This document shows positions 1 to 8,263 of a DNA stretch of 64,000 bases, in pieces. Each line of letters starts with the position of its first letter. Position 1 is the stretch's first letter. The notes beneath the pieces are model-generated. The model was given only the letters and a program-made list of their open reading frames with translations, had not been told where the DNA came from and made no database searches. The position numbers and the translations under genes are program-made. This stretch comes from a bacterium (GTDB lineage Bacteria; UBA10199; 2-02-FULL-44-16; DYJF01): NCBI GenBank assembly GCA_041739675.1, contig JBGSNL010000041.1, positions 54-64,053 of the forward strand. The letters run 5' to 3'.

Positions 1-742
1 TAGCGCTTCCAAGATATTCTCAGTTTCCGAACTCGAAACGTATGAACGGTGCCCCCACGAGTATTATCTCAAGTACGTTCTAGGGCTGCCCGCAAACGAC
101 GTCTTCAAAGATGAGGGCAAAAAGCTACCGGCGAACGTGCGCGGATCAATCGTCCACGGCGTCATCCAGAGATACGATCCGTCAAAAGACAAGACAATCG
201 GCGATCTCATAAATTCCGAGTGCATAAATGCTGCAGTCTTTCCAGACAATGACATAGTGCGTGAGATAGAAAAACTTCTCGCGAGATTTGCAAAAAATCC
301 CATAGCGAAGGAGATCGGAACGGGAAAACGCGAGCTCCGCTTCGATTGGAAACTTGAAAATTCGATCATCACCGGCTCGATCGACTGGCTTAAACCTAAA
401 GGTGACGGCTTTGATATAGTGGATTTCAAGACTGACGCAATCGGAGCCGACGAAGTGGAAAAAAGAGCGGCTGAATACGATCTGCAGCTTGTGACGTACG
501 CGCTTGCCGCGGCCGACGCGATGGGAGAAAAGATCAAAGAGACGGCTCTGTATTTTCTCGAGCCTGATGTGATATACACAAAACCCATGGACGAAAAACG
601 GGCAGCAAACAGCCTCTCAAGAATCAAACAGATTATAGAATGCATAGGCAAAGGCGAGTTCAAGCTCGGTGAAAAGAGACCGCCCTGCTACAAATGTCCT
701 TACAGCAGAAATAAAATGTGCAATGAGCGATCAGATAATTAA
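1..742 (+). CDS. PD-(D/E)XK / Cas4-AddB-like nuclease domain, C-terminal fragment (5' end outside window)
   Basis: The frame opens at the window edge (..SELETYERCPHEYYLKYVLGL..). It has one N-terminal Cys plus a C-terminal CYKCPYSRNKMC cluster typical of 4Fe-4S RecB-family nucleases. The stop is at 742. Confidence 0.6.
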   Translation, partial: SASKIFSVSELETYERCPHEYYLKYVLGLPANDVFKDEGKKLPANVRGSIVHGVIQRYDPSKDKTIGDLINSECINAAVFPDNDIVREIEKLLARFAKNPIAKEIGTGKRELRFDWKLENSIITGSIDWLKPKGDGFDIVDFKTDAIGADEVEKRAAEYDLQLVTYALAAADAMGEKIKETALYFLEPDVIYTKPMDEKRAANSLSRIKQIIECIGKGEFKLGEKRPPCYKCPYSRNKMCNERSDN

Positions 743-3131
743 AACACGCTTTGACGAATCATACCTGGAAGCGAAAGGAAGAAAGTTTGACTGGTCGCCC
801 TCTCCCGCGCGCCGCCTCATCTCCATTTTCGAAAACAGCACGGCGCTTTCCGAAAAACTTATAAGAAATCCGCTGTGGGCCGACGGGCTCGTCTCCGATC
901 CGGCGTGGGACAGAAAAAAGACAAAAGAAGAACTCGCCCATGAGTTCGCACGCGCCGTTGAAAATGAGAAACCTTCCGATATCGGCGGCTGGCAAAGGCT
1001 TCTGCGCCATTTCAAATACCGGCAGATGATAAGAATCGTGGCGCGAGATCTTGATAGCTTCCCTCCCGTTCAGGAGATCGTATCCGAATGGAGCGATGTC
1101 GCCGATCTCCTGATATCGGCCGCCTACGACGCCGCGTACGACATATACGCAAGGCAGTTCGGCGCGCCCGACAACTGCGTGGGAACCGTTATCGCACTCG
1201 GAAAACTCGGCGGCTCGGAGCTCAACATGAGCTCGGACGTCGATCTCTTGTGTCTCTACGCCACAGACGACGGCGGAAAAATATCCAACCACGAGTTCTA
1301 CACAAAAGTGATCGCGCTCATGACGCGCCATCTATCCGCCGTCACCGAGGACGGCTTCGCCTTCAGATGCGACCACGACTTGAGACCCGAGGGCCCCAAG
1401 GGACCGCTTGTCAATTCGATCGACGCCGCGGAGAGATATTATGAAACCTTCGGCGCAGACTGGGAGCGGCAGGCACTCATCCGCGCGCGGCCGGTCGCCG
1501 GCGATCTGAAGCTTGGGAACCTCTTCATAGAATTCGTAACTCCCTTCGTCTATCGCAAATCTCTTTTCATCAGCGATCTTTCTCATCTCAGGGAGATGAA
1601 AAAGCTGATGGAGGCCAAGGCAAGGGATTCCGTCCAGGATATAAAACTCGGGCGCGGGGGAATCCGCGAGCTTGAGTTTCTGGTTCAGGCCTTTCAGCAG
1701 GTGTACGGCGGAAAGGTCAAGTCTGTCCGGCGCCCCAACACTTTCGACGCGATCGAAGCGCTTGAAAAAAACAGCCTCATACATCCGCACGGAGCTCTTG
1801 CCCTGAAAGACGCCTACGCGTTCCTCCGGCGCACGGAGAACATGCTGCAGATCGCGGGCGATCAGCAGACGCACGCGCTGCCCTCTGATCTCTCCGGGCT
1901 CGCGCGGTGCATGAAAACAGACGAGACCGCCATCCTTTCCGAATGGCGGCGTTATTCGCGCCTGATCCATCGTCTGTTCAAAGGGCTCTTCGAGGCCGAT
2001 TACGAAAGACTGGAACTTGAAGAAGCGATCGCGGCGAACCTTGCGTCGTGCAAAACCGATGAGGAGTGCGCCGACTCCCTTCCGTGGTTCAAACATCAGG
2101 AGATAAAAAGGCTTTCGCACCTCGATCTCAACTCAAAAATCGCGCTGCCCCATCTTCTTAAGAGGCTGACTTTGGTTGCCGAGGTGGTTCTTCATACCGC
2201 ATGGAGTTTGGCCCTGAAAACGCTCACGCGCCGCTACGGAGAACCCAGACTCGAAAATGGAGCGCGCGCCTCTTTTGCGATCGTCGGTTTCGGACGGTTG
2301 GGCAGCGGCGAGATCGACTACGGAAGCGATCTCGACCTCTGCTTTCTCTATTCGGGCAACGGCCAGACATCGGGGCCGGAGGTGATAGGAAACGCGGAAT
2401 TTTTCACAAAGCTCTCGCAGAGGATCATCTCGCTCGTCTCACTGCATTCCCGGTACGGCCGCGCCTACCAGATCGATTCGGAACTCAGACCTTCGGGAAA
2501 TCAGGGCTCCCTTGTGGCGACCCTGGATTCGTTCCGCGATTACCACACAAACGCCGCAAAGCTGTGGGAGCACCAGTCGCTTTCAAAGGCACGCGTCATA
2601 ACCGGCGACAAGCCGTTCCTGAAGGAAGTGGGAATCACGCTGACCGGCATCGCTTATAAGGGGGAGCTCCCTGACGAAGATGATATGCGCCGCGAAATCG
2701 CCACCCTCCGCGACCGGTTCGAACAGGAGGCGTCGCAGGAAAAAGACGGAGTTTATAATCTGAAAATAGGCCGGGGCGGCACCGCCGACATCGAAGCCGT
2801 GACCCGTTTCCTGCAGCTTAAAAACGCCAAAAAATACCCTGAACTTTGGGTCCAAAACAGCTTCGATTTAATTAAAGCACTACATCATATAAACGCTATA
2901 AATGACGAATTACACGATGCTTTATTTGACTCATATCTTTTCTTCCGCCTGCTCATATCAAGGCTGAGACTCTTCACGTTGAGCGCCACCGACCTTCTTG
3001 ATTTCCATGCGCCGTACATAGGATCTCTCTCAGAGACCCTGGGATTTGACTCGCCTGACATGTTGAGAAGCGAGGTGGAAAAACACCGCACTAGAACAAG
3101 GCTGGTATACGGAAGTTTCTTCGGGCAATAA
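723..3131 (+). CDS. glnE: bifunctional glutamine synthetase adenylyltransferase/deadenylyltransferase
   Basis: About 800 aa with two nucleotidyltransferase modules (GKLGGSELNMSSDVDL..; GRLGSGEIDYGSDLDL..). The chosen start is MSDQII at 723; the longer ORF from 669 overlaps the upstream gene. Confidence 0.85.
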   Translation: MSDQIIKTRFDESYLEAKGRKFDWSPSPARRLISIFENSTALSEKLIRNPLWADGLVSDPAWDRKKTKEELAHEFARAVENEKPSDIGGWQRLLRHFKYRQMIRIVARDLDSFPPVQEIVSEWSDVADLLISAAYDAAYDIYARQFGAPDNCVGTVIALGKLGGSELNMSSDVDLLCLYATDDGGKISNHEFYTKVIALMTRHLSAVTEDGFAFRCDHDLRPEGPKGPLVNSIDAAERYYETFGADWERQALIRARPVAGDLKLGNLFIEFVTPFVYRKSLFISDLSHLREMKKLMEAKARDSVQDIKLGRGGIRELEFLVQAFQQVYGGKVKSVRRPNTFDAIEALEKNSLIHPHGALALKDAYAFLRRTENMLQIAGDQQTHALPSDLSGLARCMKTDETAILSEWRRYSRLIHRLFKGLFEADYERLELEEAIAANLASCKTDEECADSLPWFKHQEIKRLSHLDLNSKIALPHLLKRLTLVAEVVLHTAWSLALKTLTRRYGEPRLENGARASFAIVGFGRLGSGEIDYGSDLDLCFLYSGNGQTSGPEVIGNAEFFTKLSQRIISLVSLHSRYGRAYQIDSELRPSGNQGSLVATLDSFRDYHTNAAKLWEHQSLSKARVITGDKPFLKEVGITLTGIAYKGELPDEDDMRREIATLRDRFEQEASQEKDGVYNLKIGRGGTADIEAVTRFLQLKNAKKYPELWVQNSFDLIKALHHINAINDELHDALFDSYLFFRLLISRLRLFTLSATDLLDFHAPYIGSLSETLGFDSPDMLRSEVEKHRTRTRLVYGSFFGQ

Positions 3132-3162
3132 AAAAGCCCGCCTGAAATTTTCTCAAGCGGGC
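3131..3162 (-). terminator. intrinsic terminator of dksA (hairpin gcccgc/gcgggc followed by a T-run on the minus strand); the T-run overlaps the glnE stop
   Basis: A 6-bp GC stem with a 15-nt loop, followed on the minus strand by TTTTT. It sits between the convergent glnE and dksA genes. Confidence 0.55.
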
Positions 3163-3185
3163 CTAAAAATCCCCCATCGACGAAA

Positions 3186-3551
3186 TTATTCCGCGTAGCC
3201 CTTCTCGATCTTTTCCAGCTCTTCTTTGCACTTGATGCACATCTCCGCCACGGGCCGGGCCTCAAGTCTCTTTACCGATATTTCGTCCCCGCAACGTTCG
3301 CAGACACCAAATGTGCCCTTATCGATCTTTTCCAGGGCCTTGTTGATCTTTTTCCAGAGGACGAGTTCGCGGTCCCTGAGCCTTAAGTTCATGGCCTGAC
3401 CCCACTCCGTGGCCGCCAGATCAACCTCATCCGGCAGATCGGCCTGCTCGAAACCCATCCCCTGCTCCTTCATGGATTCCGCCGCCTGCATCAGGGCCTT
3501 CCTCCGTTCAAGAAGGATCTGCTTGTAACGCTCCACCTCTTTTTTCTTCAT
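3186..3551 (-). CDS. dksA: DksA/TraR family C4-type zinc-finger transcription factor
   Basis: A 121-aa protein with a coiled-coil N-terminus and a C-terminal CxxC..CxxC motif (CERCGDEIS...CIKCK). Confidence 0.85.
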   Translation of the reverse strand: MKKKEVERYKQILLERRKALMQAAESMKEQGMGFEQADLPDEVDLAATEWGQAMNLRLRDRELVLWKKINKALEKIDKGTFGVCERCGDEISVKRLEARPVAEMCIKCKEELEKIEKGYAE

Positions 3552-3638
3552 ATTGGTCCCCTTGTTAAAGACTTTAAATTATCTCCAATGGACGTCCAAC
3601 TTGTCAACAGGAAACATATGTACTAGTGAAGAACGGAC

Positions 3639-4118
3639 ATGAGGAAAAAAGGTAAAAACTGGGTGTCGATGGGCGACGCTTTGAAAAGCGCCGTGAAGCG
3701 CATCGGAATCTCAAAAAAGATGCGCCGCTTCGAAGTCTGGAACATCTGGGAGAAGATCGCCGGGCCGGCAATAGCGGCCCACGCAAAGCCTCAGCGCTGG
3801 CAGGGAACGACACTCGTCGTCGGCGTCCCCCATGCATCGTGGATGCAGGAGCTCTCCTATTTAAAACCGGAAATTTTGAACAACATGCGCGAGGCAGTTC
3901 CCGGCATCGACATTTCTGACATACGATTCGAGATCGGAGCCGGCGCGGAAGATCAACCTCCACCGATCTTATCGGCCAATGATCCCGAAGTCCCGCTCTC
4001 GCCCGACGAGAAGGAGTTCATCGAACAGGCTGCGAAGGAGATCAAGAATGACGACGCCCGCGCCGCCCTGTGCCGCCTCATGACCCGCGACTTTAAGCAG
4101 AAAAAAAGAACGCGATGA
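3639..4118 (+). CDS. DUF721 (DciA-like) domain protein
   Basis: Carries the W..WxxIxGxxIAxH...LxVxVxxxxWxQEL motif. The start is uncertain (3639 or 3669). Confidence 0.6.
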   Translation: MRKKGKNWVSMGDALKSAVKRIGISKKMRRFEVWNIWEKIAGPAIAAHAKPQRWQGTTLVVGVPHASWMQELSYLKPEILNNMREAVPGIDISDIRFEIGAGAEDQPPPILSANDPEVPLSPDEKEFIEQAAKEIKNDDARAALCRLMTRDFKQKKRTR

Positions 4119-4126
4119 GTTTCAAC

Positions 4127-4217
4127 TGCATGTGGCAAGGGGTTTGCCTTGCGTGTGGCCTTGGCCCTTCGTCTTTAGGGCATGTCCTCACGCAAGGCAA
4201 ACCCCTTGCCACATGCA
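4127..4217. repeat. 29-bp perfect inverted repeat hairpin (arms 4127-4155 and 4189-4217, 33-nt spacer); member of a repeat family also present at 40054-40274
   Basis: tgcatgtggcaaggggtttgccttgcgtg ... cacgcaaggcaaaccccttgccacatgca. There is no T-run after it. Confidence 0.8.
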
Positions 4218-4278
4218 CAGAGATACGTATTAACATTCATAATAGTCCGATGGATCATCCGCTGCCATCATCATCGTG

Positions 4279-4499
4279 CGAAAAAAACTTGTTGTCGTAC
4301 GGGCGCGCGCGTCTGGGGATACGCCGTGCGGGGGTGTTTTCGAGCGGCGTCGAGGACGCTGGATACCATAGCCATAAAAAGCCCAGCGCCCGCAGGCGCA
4401 GGCGGCGAGCCGGCGTATGAGGCGAGGCCGCCGTTAGCGAGAAAATTCCCCCGCACGACGTCTCCCCAGACATTGCAGCCCCGAAAGACAACAAGTTTT
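4279..4499. ncRNA. candidate structured RNA or nested inverted-repeat element (16-bp terminal inverted repeat plus a 20-bp inner inverted repeat)
   Basis: aaaaaaacttgttgtc (4279-4294) pairs with gacaacaagttttttt (4484-4499). Inside, ggggatacgccgtgcggggg (4313-4332) pairs with cccccgcacgacgtctcccc (4449-4468). It ends in a T-run. Confidence 0.25.
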
Positions 4500-4503
4500 T
4501 TTA

Positions 4504-5142
4504 TTAGGATCCTTGGAAACAGCGGATGACTTCGTCGGCGGGGATGCGCCCTTCGCGCACTATCCTCATCGTCTCTTCACCGACATCGACGACCGTCGAG
4601 CCGCGGGACGGCTCGCACTCTCCCCCGTCAACGATGCAGGGTATCTTGTCGCCGAAATATTTCTGGATATGCTTGACTGATAGCGAGGGCGGAAACCCCG
4701 AAAGATTGGCGCTCGTCGTCGTGATGGGCTTGCCGAATTTTTTTACGAGGGCTGCGGCCACCGGATGGGACGAAATTCTCATGCCAACGCGGCCCGTGTT
4801 TGTAACGAGCCCTTTTGGAATCTTGTCGCTTGCAGGAAAGAGGATGGTTAGCGCGCCCGGCCAGAATTTGCGCATCAGAGAGAGTGCCTGTTCGGGAACC
4901 TCCTTCACATATTCGCGCAACATCGCGACGTCGGCGACAAGGATGGATATGGGCAGTCCGTAATCGCGGGCCTTCAGGTCGTAAATCTTTTTGACGGCTT
5001 TTCTGGAAAGGACGTCGGCGCCCAGGCCGTAGATCGTCTCGGTCGGATAGGCGATCACCTCGCCCTTTTCTAAAAACTCCACCGCTCGGACGATGTCGCC
5101 CTCGTATGGTTCTTTGGGATCTATGCGAAGCACGACAGACAT
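4504..5142 (-). CDS. tsaC: L-threonylcarbamoyladenylate synthase (YrdC/Sua5 family)
   Basis: 212 aa with the YrdC-domain motifs (..AYPTETIYGLGAD.., ..TTSANLSG..). Confidence 0.8.
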   Translation of the reverse strand: MSVVLRIDPKEPYEGDIVRAVEFLEKGEVIAYPTETIYGLGADVLSRKAVKKIYDLKARDYGLPISILVADVAMLREYVKEVPEQALSLMRKFWPGALTILFPASDKIPKGLVTNTGRVGMRISSHPVAAALVKKFGKPITTTSANLSGFPPSLSVKHIQKYFGDKIPCIVDGGECEPSRGSTVVDVGEETMRIVREGRIPADEVIRCFQGS

Positions 5143-5636
5143 TATTTAAGCCCCTTGTCTTTTTCCTCAACGGCCTTTGCCATCTTCTTGCGCCATTCCC
5201 TTAAAGCATCTGCTATTTTTTCATTGGAGAGAGCAAGTATCTCGGCGGCAAGGATGCCCGCGTTCTTGGCGCCGGCCTTTCCTATCGCGACAGTGGCGAC
5301 CGGAATTCCCGATGGCATCTGTACGGTGGAGAGAAGCGCATCGAGGCCTTGAAGCGATGATCCCTCGAGCGGCACGCCTATGACCGGAAGTATTGTCTGC
5401 GCGGCGACTGCACCGGCCAGATGCGCCGCGTATCCGGCACCCGCTATGATGACGCGGACCCCGTCCTTCTCGGCGTCCTTGATGAGAGAGACGACTTTTT
5501 GCGGCGTGCGGTGCGCCGACGCTATCGCCATACGCGCCTTCACGCCCACCTGCGCCAGCGCCTTCTTGGCCTCTTCCATAACCGACAGATCGGAATCCGA
5601 ACCCATGACTATTAGAACCTTCGGGGCTTCGGTCAT
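5142..5636 (-). CDS. purE: 5-(carboxyamino)imidazole ribonucleotide mutase
   Basis: 164 aa containing VLIVMGSDSDL and AGAGYAAHLAG..VIGVP motifs. Confidence 0.9.
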   Translation of the reverse strand: MTEAPKVLIVMGSDSDLSVMEEAKKALAQVGVKARMAIASAHRTPQKVVSLIKDAEKDGVRVIIAGAGYAAHLAGAVAAQTILPVIGVPLEGSSLQGLDALLSTVQMPSGIPVATVAIGKAGAKNAGILAAEILALSNEKIADALREWRKKMAKAVEEKDKGLK

Positions 5637-5653
5637 CTCTTTCTCCTTTCAAC

Positions 5654-6922
5654 TCATTTCAATGCGCGGCGCCCAATGTCTTTTCTGTAATGCGCGCCTT
5701 CCCACGATATCTTTTCCGCCGCATCGTATGCATTTTTTATCGCCGACGCAATGTCTGTCCCAAGTGCGGTTACGCCAATCACCCTTCCGCCGTTCGTCAG
5801 ATAATCGCCGTCTCTGAAAGTAGTGCCGGCATGGAACACTGTTACGTCCGGTTGCGATTCGGCATCTGCAAGGCCTCGGATGGGTTTTCCCTTTTCATAA
5901 TCTCCGGGATATCCCCCCGACGCCATGACAACGCAGACGGAAGGACGTTTGTCCCACTCGGGTTTCACCTTACCCAGTGTTCCGTCGATCGCGGCTTCGA
6001 TCAAATCTACAAGGTCCGTTTTCAGGCGCATCATTATAGGCTGCGTCTCCGGATCGCCGAAGCGGCAGTTGAACTCAAGCACATTGAAGCGGCCGTCTTT
6101 TATCATGAGGCCGGCATAAAGCACACCGGCGAAAGCTCTGCCCTCTGCCGCCATACCGCGCACGGCGGGTTTCATGACCTCGCTCATAACACGGTCGAAA
6201 ATATCCTGGGTCACAACGTGCGCGGGCGAATATGCCCCCATGCCGCCAGTGTTGGGGCCGCGGTCGTCGTCGAAGACCCGTTTGTGATCCTGCGACGTTG
6301 CAAGCGGAATCACGTTTTCCCCGTCGGATATGGCAATGAACGACGCCTCCTCACCCTCCAGAAATTCCTCGATCACGACTTTTTCTCCGGCGTCGCCGAA
6401 CGTGCGGTCCACCATGATGTCTTCGAGCGCTTCCGAGGCTTCAGATATGTTTTTGCAGATGATAACACCCTTGCCGGCCGCCAACCCGTCCACCTTGATG
6501 ACAATGGGCATTTGCTGTTTTAAAAGATATGTTCCCGCTTCTTTGACGTCGGTGAATGTCGCGGATTTGGCCGTGGGAATATTGTAGCGCTGGCAAAACT
6601 CCTTTGCAAAGACCTTGGAGCCTTCAAGTACGGCCGCTTCCTTTGTGGGGCCGAAAATCTTGAGCCCGCCCCGGCGAAAGATATCGACGATCCCCATCGT
6701 GAGGGGAACTTCAGGGCCCACGATCGTAAGATCGATCGCCTCTTTTTTTGCAAAATTCAGGAGGCCGTCGATATCTTCCGCCTTGACCTGAACGCATGTC
6801 GCATCTTTCGCAATGCCGGCATTTCCCGGCGCACAAAAGATCTGTTTCACGCGGGGGGATTTGGCGAGTTTCCAGACCAATGCGTGTTCACGTCCGCCGC
6901 TGCCGACGACGAGGATCTTCAT
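5654..6922 (-). CDS. purD: phosphoribosylamine--glycine ligase
   Basis: MKILVVGSGGREHALVWKL.. with an ATP-grasp domain. The start is taken at the second ATG, which is preceded by GGGAGG. Confidence 0.9.
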   Translation of the reverse strand: MKILVVGSGGREHALVWKLAKSPRVKQIFCAPGNAGIAKDATCVQVKAEDIDGLLNFAKKEAIDLTIVGPEVPLTMGIVDIFRRGGLKIFGPTKEAAVLEGSKVFAKEFCQRYNIPTAKSATFTDVKEAGTYLLKQQMPIVIKVDGLAAGKGVIICKNISEASEALEDIMVDRTFGDAGEKVVIEEFLEGEEASFIAISDGENVIPLATSQDHKRVFDDDRGPNTGGMGAYSPAHVVTQDIFDRVMSEVMKPAVRGMAAEGRAFAGVLYAGLMIKDGRFNVLEFNCRFGDPETQPIMMRLKTDLVDLIEAAIDGTLGKVKPEWDKRPSVCVVMASGGYPGDYEKGKPIRGLADAESQPDVTVFHAGTTFRDGDYLTNGGRVIGVTALGTDIASAIKNAYDAAEKISWEGAHYRKDIGRRALK

Positions 6923-7160
6923 TTTTTTCCTCCCGAACAGGCGCCTGAATAGACTCATTGTGATGGCGCTCTATACCTTTCGCCCAACTCTCAAATCAAG
7001 GGAAATGCGTCAAGAATCCGGCCATTTTCGGCCGATTATCACTTTGGATGCCGGTTTGATCGACCTACTTGTTTGATATTAAAAGACGTTTATTCGAGTT
7101 AAAGTGGCACATAAATTGCTCATCTAATGCTTGGAATTTAAAGCATATTTCGGAGGTTAT

Positions 7161-8255
7161 ATGAAAAGAACAATATTTGGAATCATTTGCATCATCTTCT
7201 TCGCAGGTTTGGTTCAGAGTGCGCATGGTCAACCTTTTCGTTACAAACCGCCGGCACCGCCTTCGCAACCGCAAATCAGGACTCCTTTCACCTTGAGTCC
7301 GGATTCGGTCACAATCACGGTCACGAGGAGGGGCTCGACCGATGCCGTCGAAGGAGTCGCGGTGGCAATCAGCGGAGTGCCAGCAAGAAGCGGCACGACC
7401 GACAGATTGGGGCACGCCTACTTCAATATGCCGGACGGCAGTTATACTGTGCGTCTTTCAAAGACGGGATATGATCCTTCGACCCGTTCGCTCACAAAAA
7501 GGGGAATAACGAGCGTTGCGTACGAAATGGTGGCGACTTCAACTGTGGGAGCGGTTCCCGCAACTTCATCGCTTCTGGTCATAGTCAAGCAAATCACGCC
7601 ATCAAGAACGGTTGAAATGTTACCCTGCGTCACGATCTCCCTTTTCACCCGTGATTGGCCGATTTCATTCGCAAGAAACGGCCAAACCGCCGGAACCGAC
7701 ACCGATGGAACAATATGCGGCCCGACACCGGAGGCGACAACGCTTGACCTTTCCACGGGGCAGGCAAGCTTTGACATACCCGACGGAGAATACGAAGTGC
7801 TGATTTACAAAGTCGGCTTCATTCCCATCAGACATTTTCTGACCAAACGCGGGGCAGGTTCACTGAACGGAACTCTCAGCGCAATGCAAACATTTGAAAC
7901 AATTTGTCCGCCCGGCGCTTATTACAGCACGGAGACTCGGCCGTTATGTGAAGCACCGGAAGCGACACGGGTCTTCAATATCACAGACACCGCGAGCGGC
8001 AGGGCAATAGAAGGAGCCACTATTATTGCCTTCAACGAATATGAAGCTTCTTATCACATGACTTATAAATACGGCGTTATTGCTGAAACTGACAGCAGCG
8101 GCAACGCAACCGTATCCATAAGGCTGCCACCGACAGATGAATACTACTACTATCTCATTTTCAAGGACGGATATCTACCTACGTACAATTTCATTCGTGC
8201 AACCCCAGGCATCGAAACATTCATCTACACGGAGGGATTGACACCGCTTCCGTAG
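7161..8255 (+). CDS. secreted protein with three carboxypeptidase-regulatory-like (Ig-like beta-sandwich) domains
   Basis: Signal peptide MKRTIFGIICIIFFAGLVQSAHG. Three modules each contain a ..DGSYTV/DGEYEV..GY.. motif. GC is lower than in the flanking DNA. Confidence 0.6.
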   Translation: MKRTIFGIICIIFFAGLVQSAHGQPFRYKPPAPPSQPQIRTPFTLSPDSVTITVTRRGSTDAVEGVAVAISGVPARSGTTDRLGHAYFNMPDGSYTVRLSKTGYDPSTRSLTKRGITSVAYEMVATSTVGAVPATSSLLVIVKQITPSRTVEMLPCVTISLFTRDWPISFARNGQTAGTDTDGTICGPTPEATTLDLSTGQASFDIPDGEYEVLIYKVGFIPIRHFLTKRGAGSLNGTLSAMQTFETICPPGAYYSTETRPLCEAPEATRVFNITDTASGRAIEGATIIAFNEYEASYHMTYKYGVIAETDSSGNATVSIRLPPTDEYYYYLIFKDGYLPTYNFIRATPGIETFIYTEGLTPLP

Positions 8256-8263
8256 GACGCACT

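Noticed and set aside
1088-1444. Arg-rich 118-aa ORF inside glnE
   Set aside because: An alternative frame of a well-supported gene with an extreme composition artefact.
5690-6523. 277-aa antisense ORF inside purD (with similar long shadow ORFs at 9960-11207, 22366-23160, 23905-24777 and 52350-53297)
   Set aside because: These are typical high-GC shadow ORFs opposite well-supported genes. They have Arg/Pro/Gly-rich low-complexity translations and no RBS.
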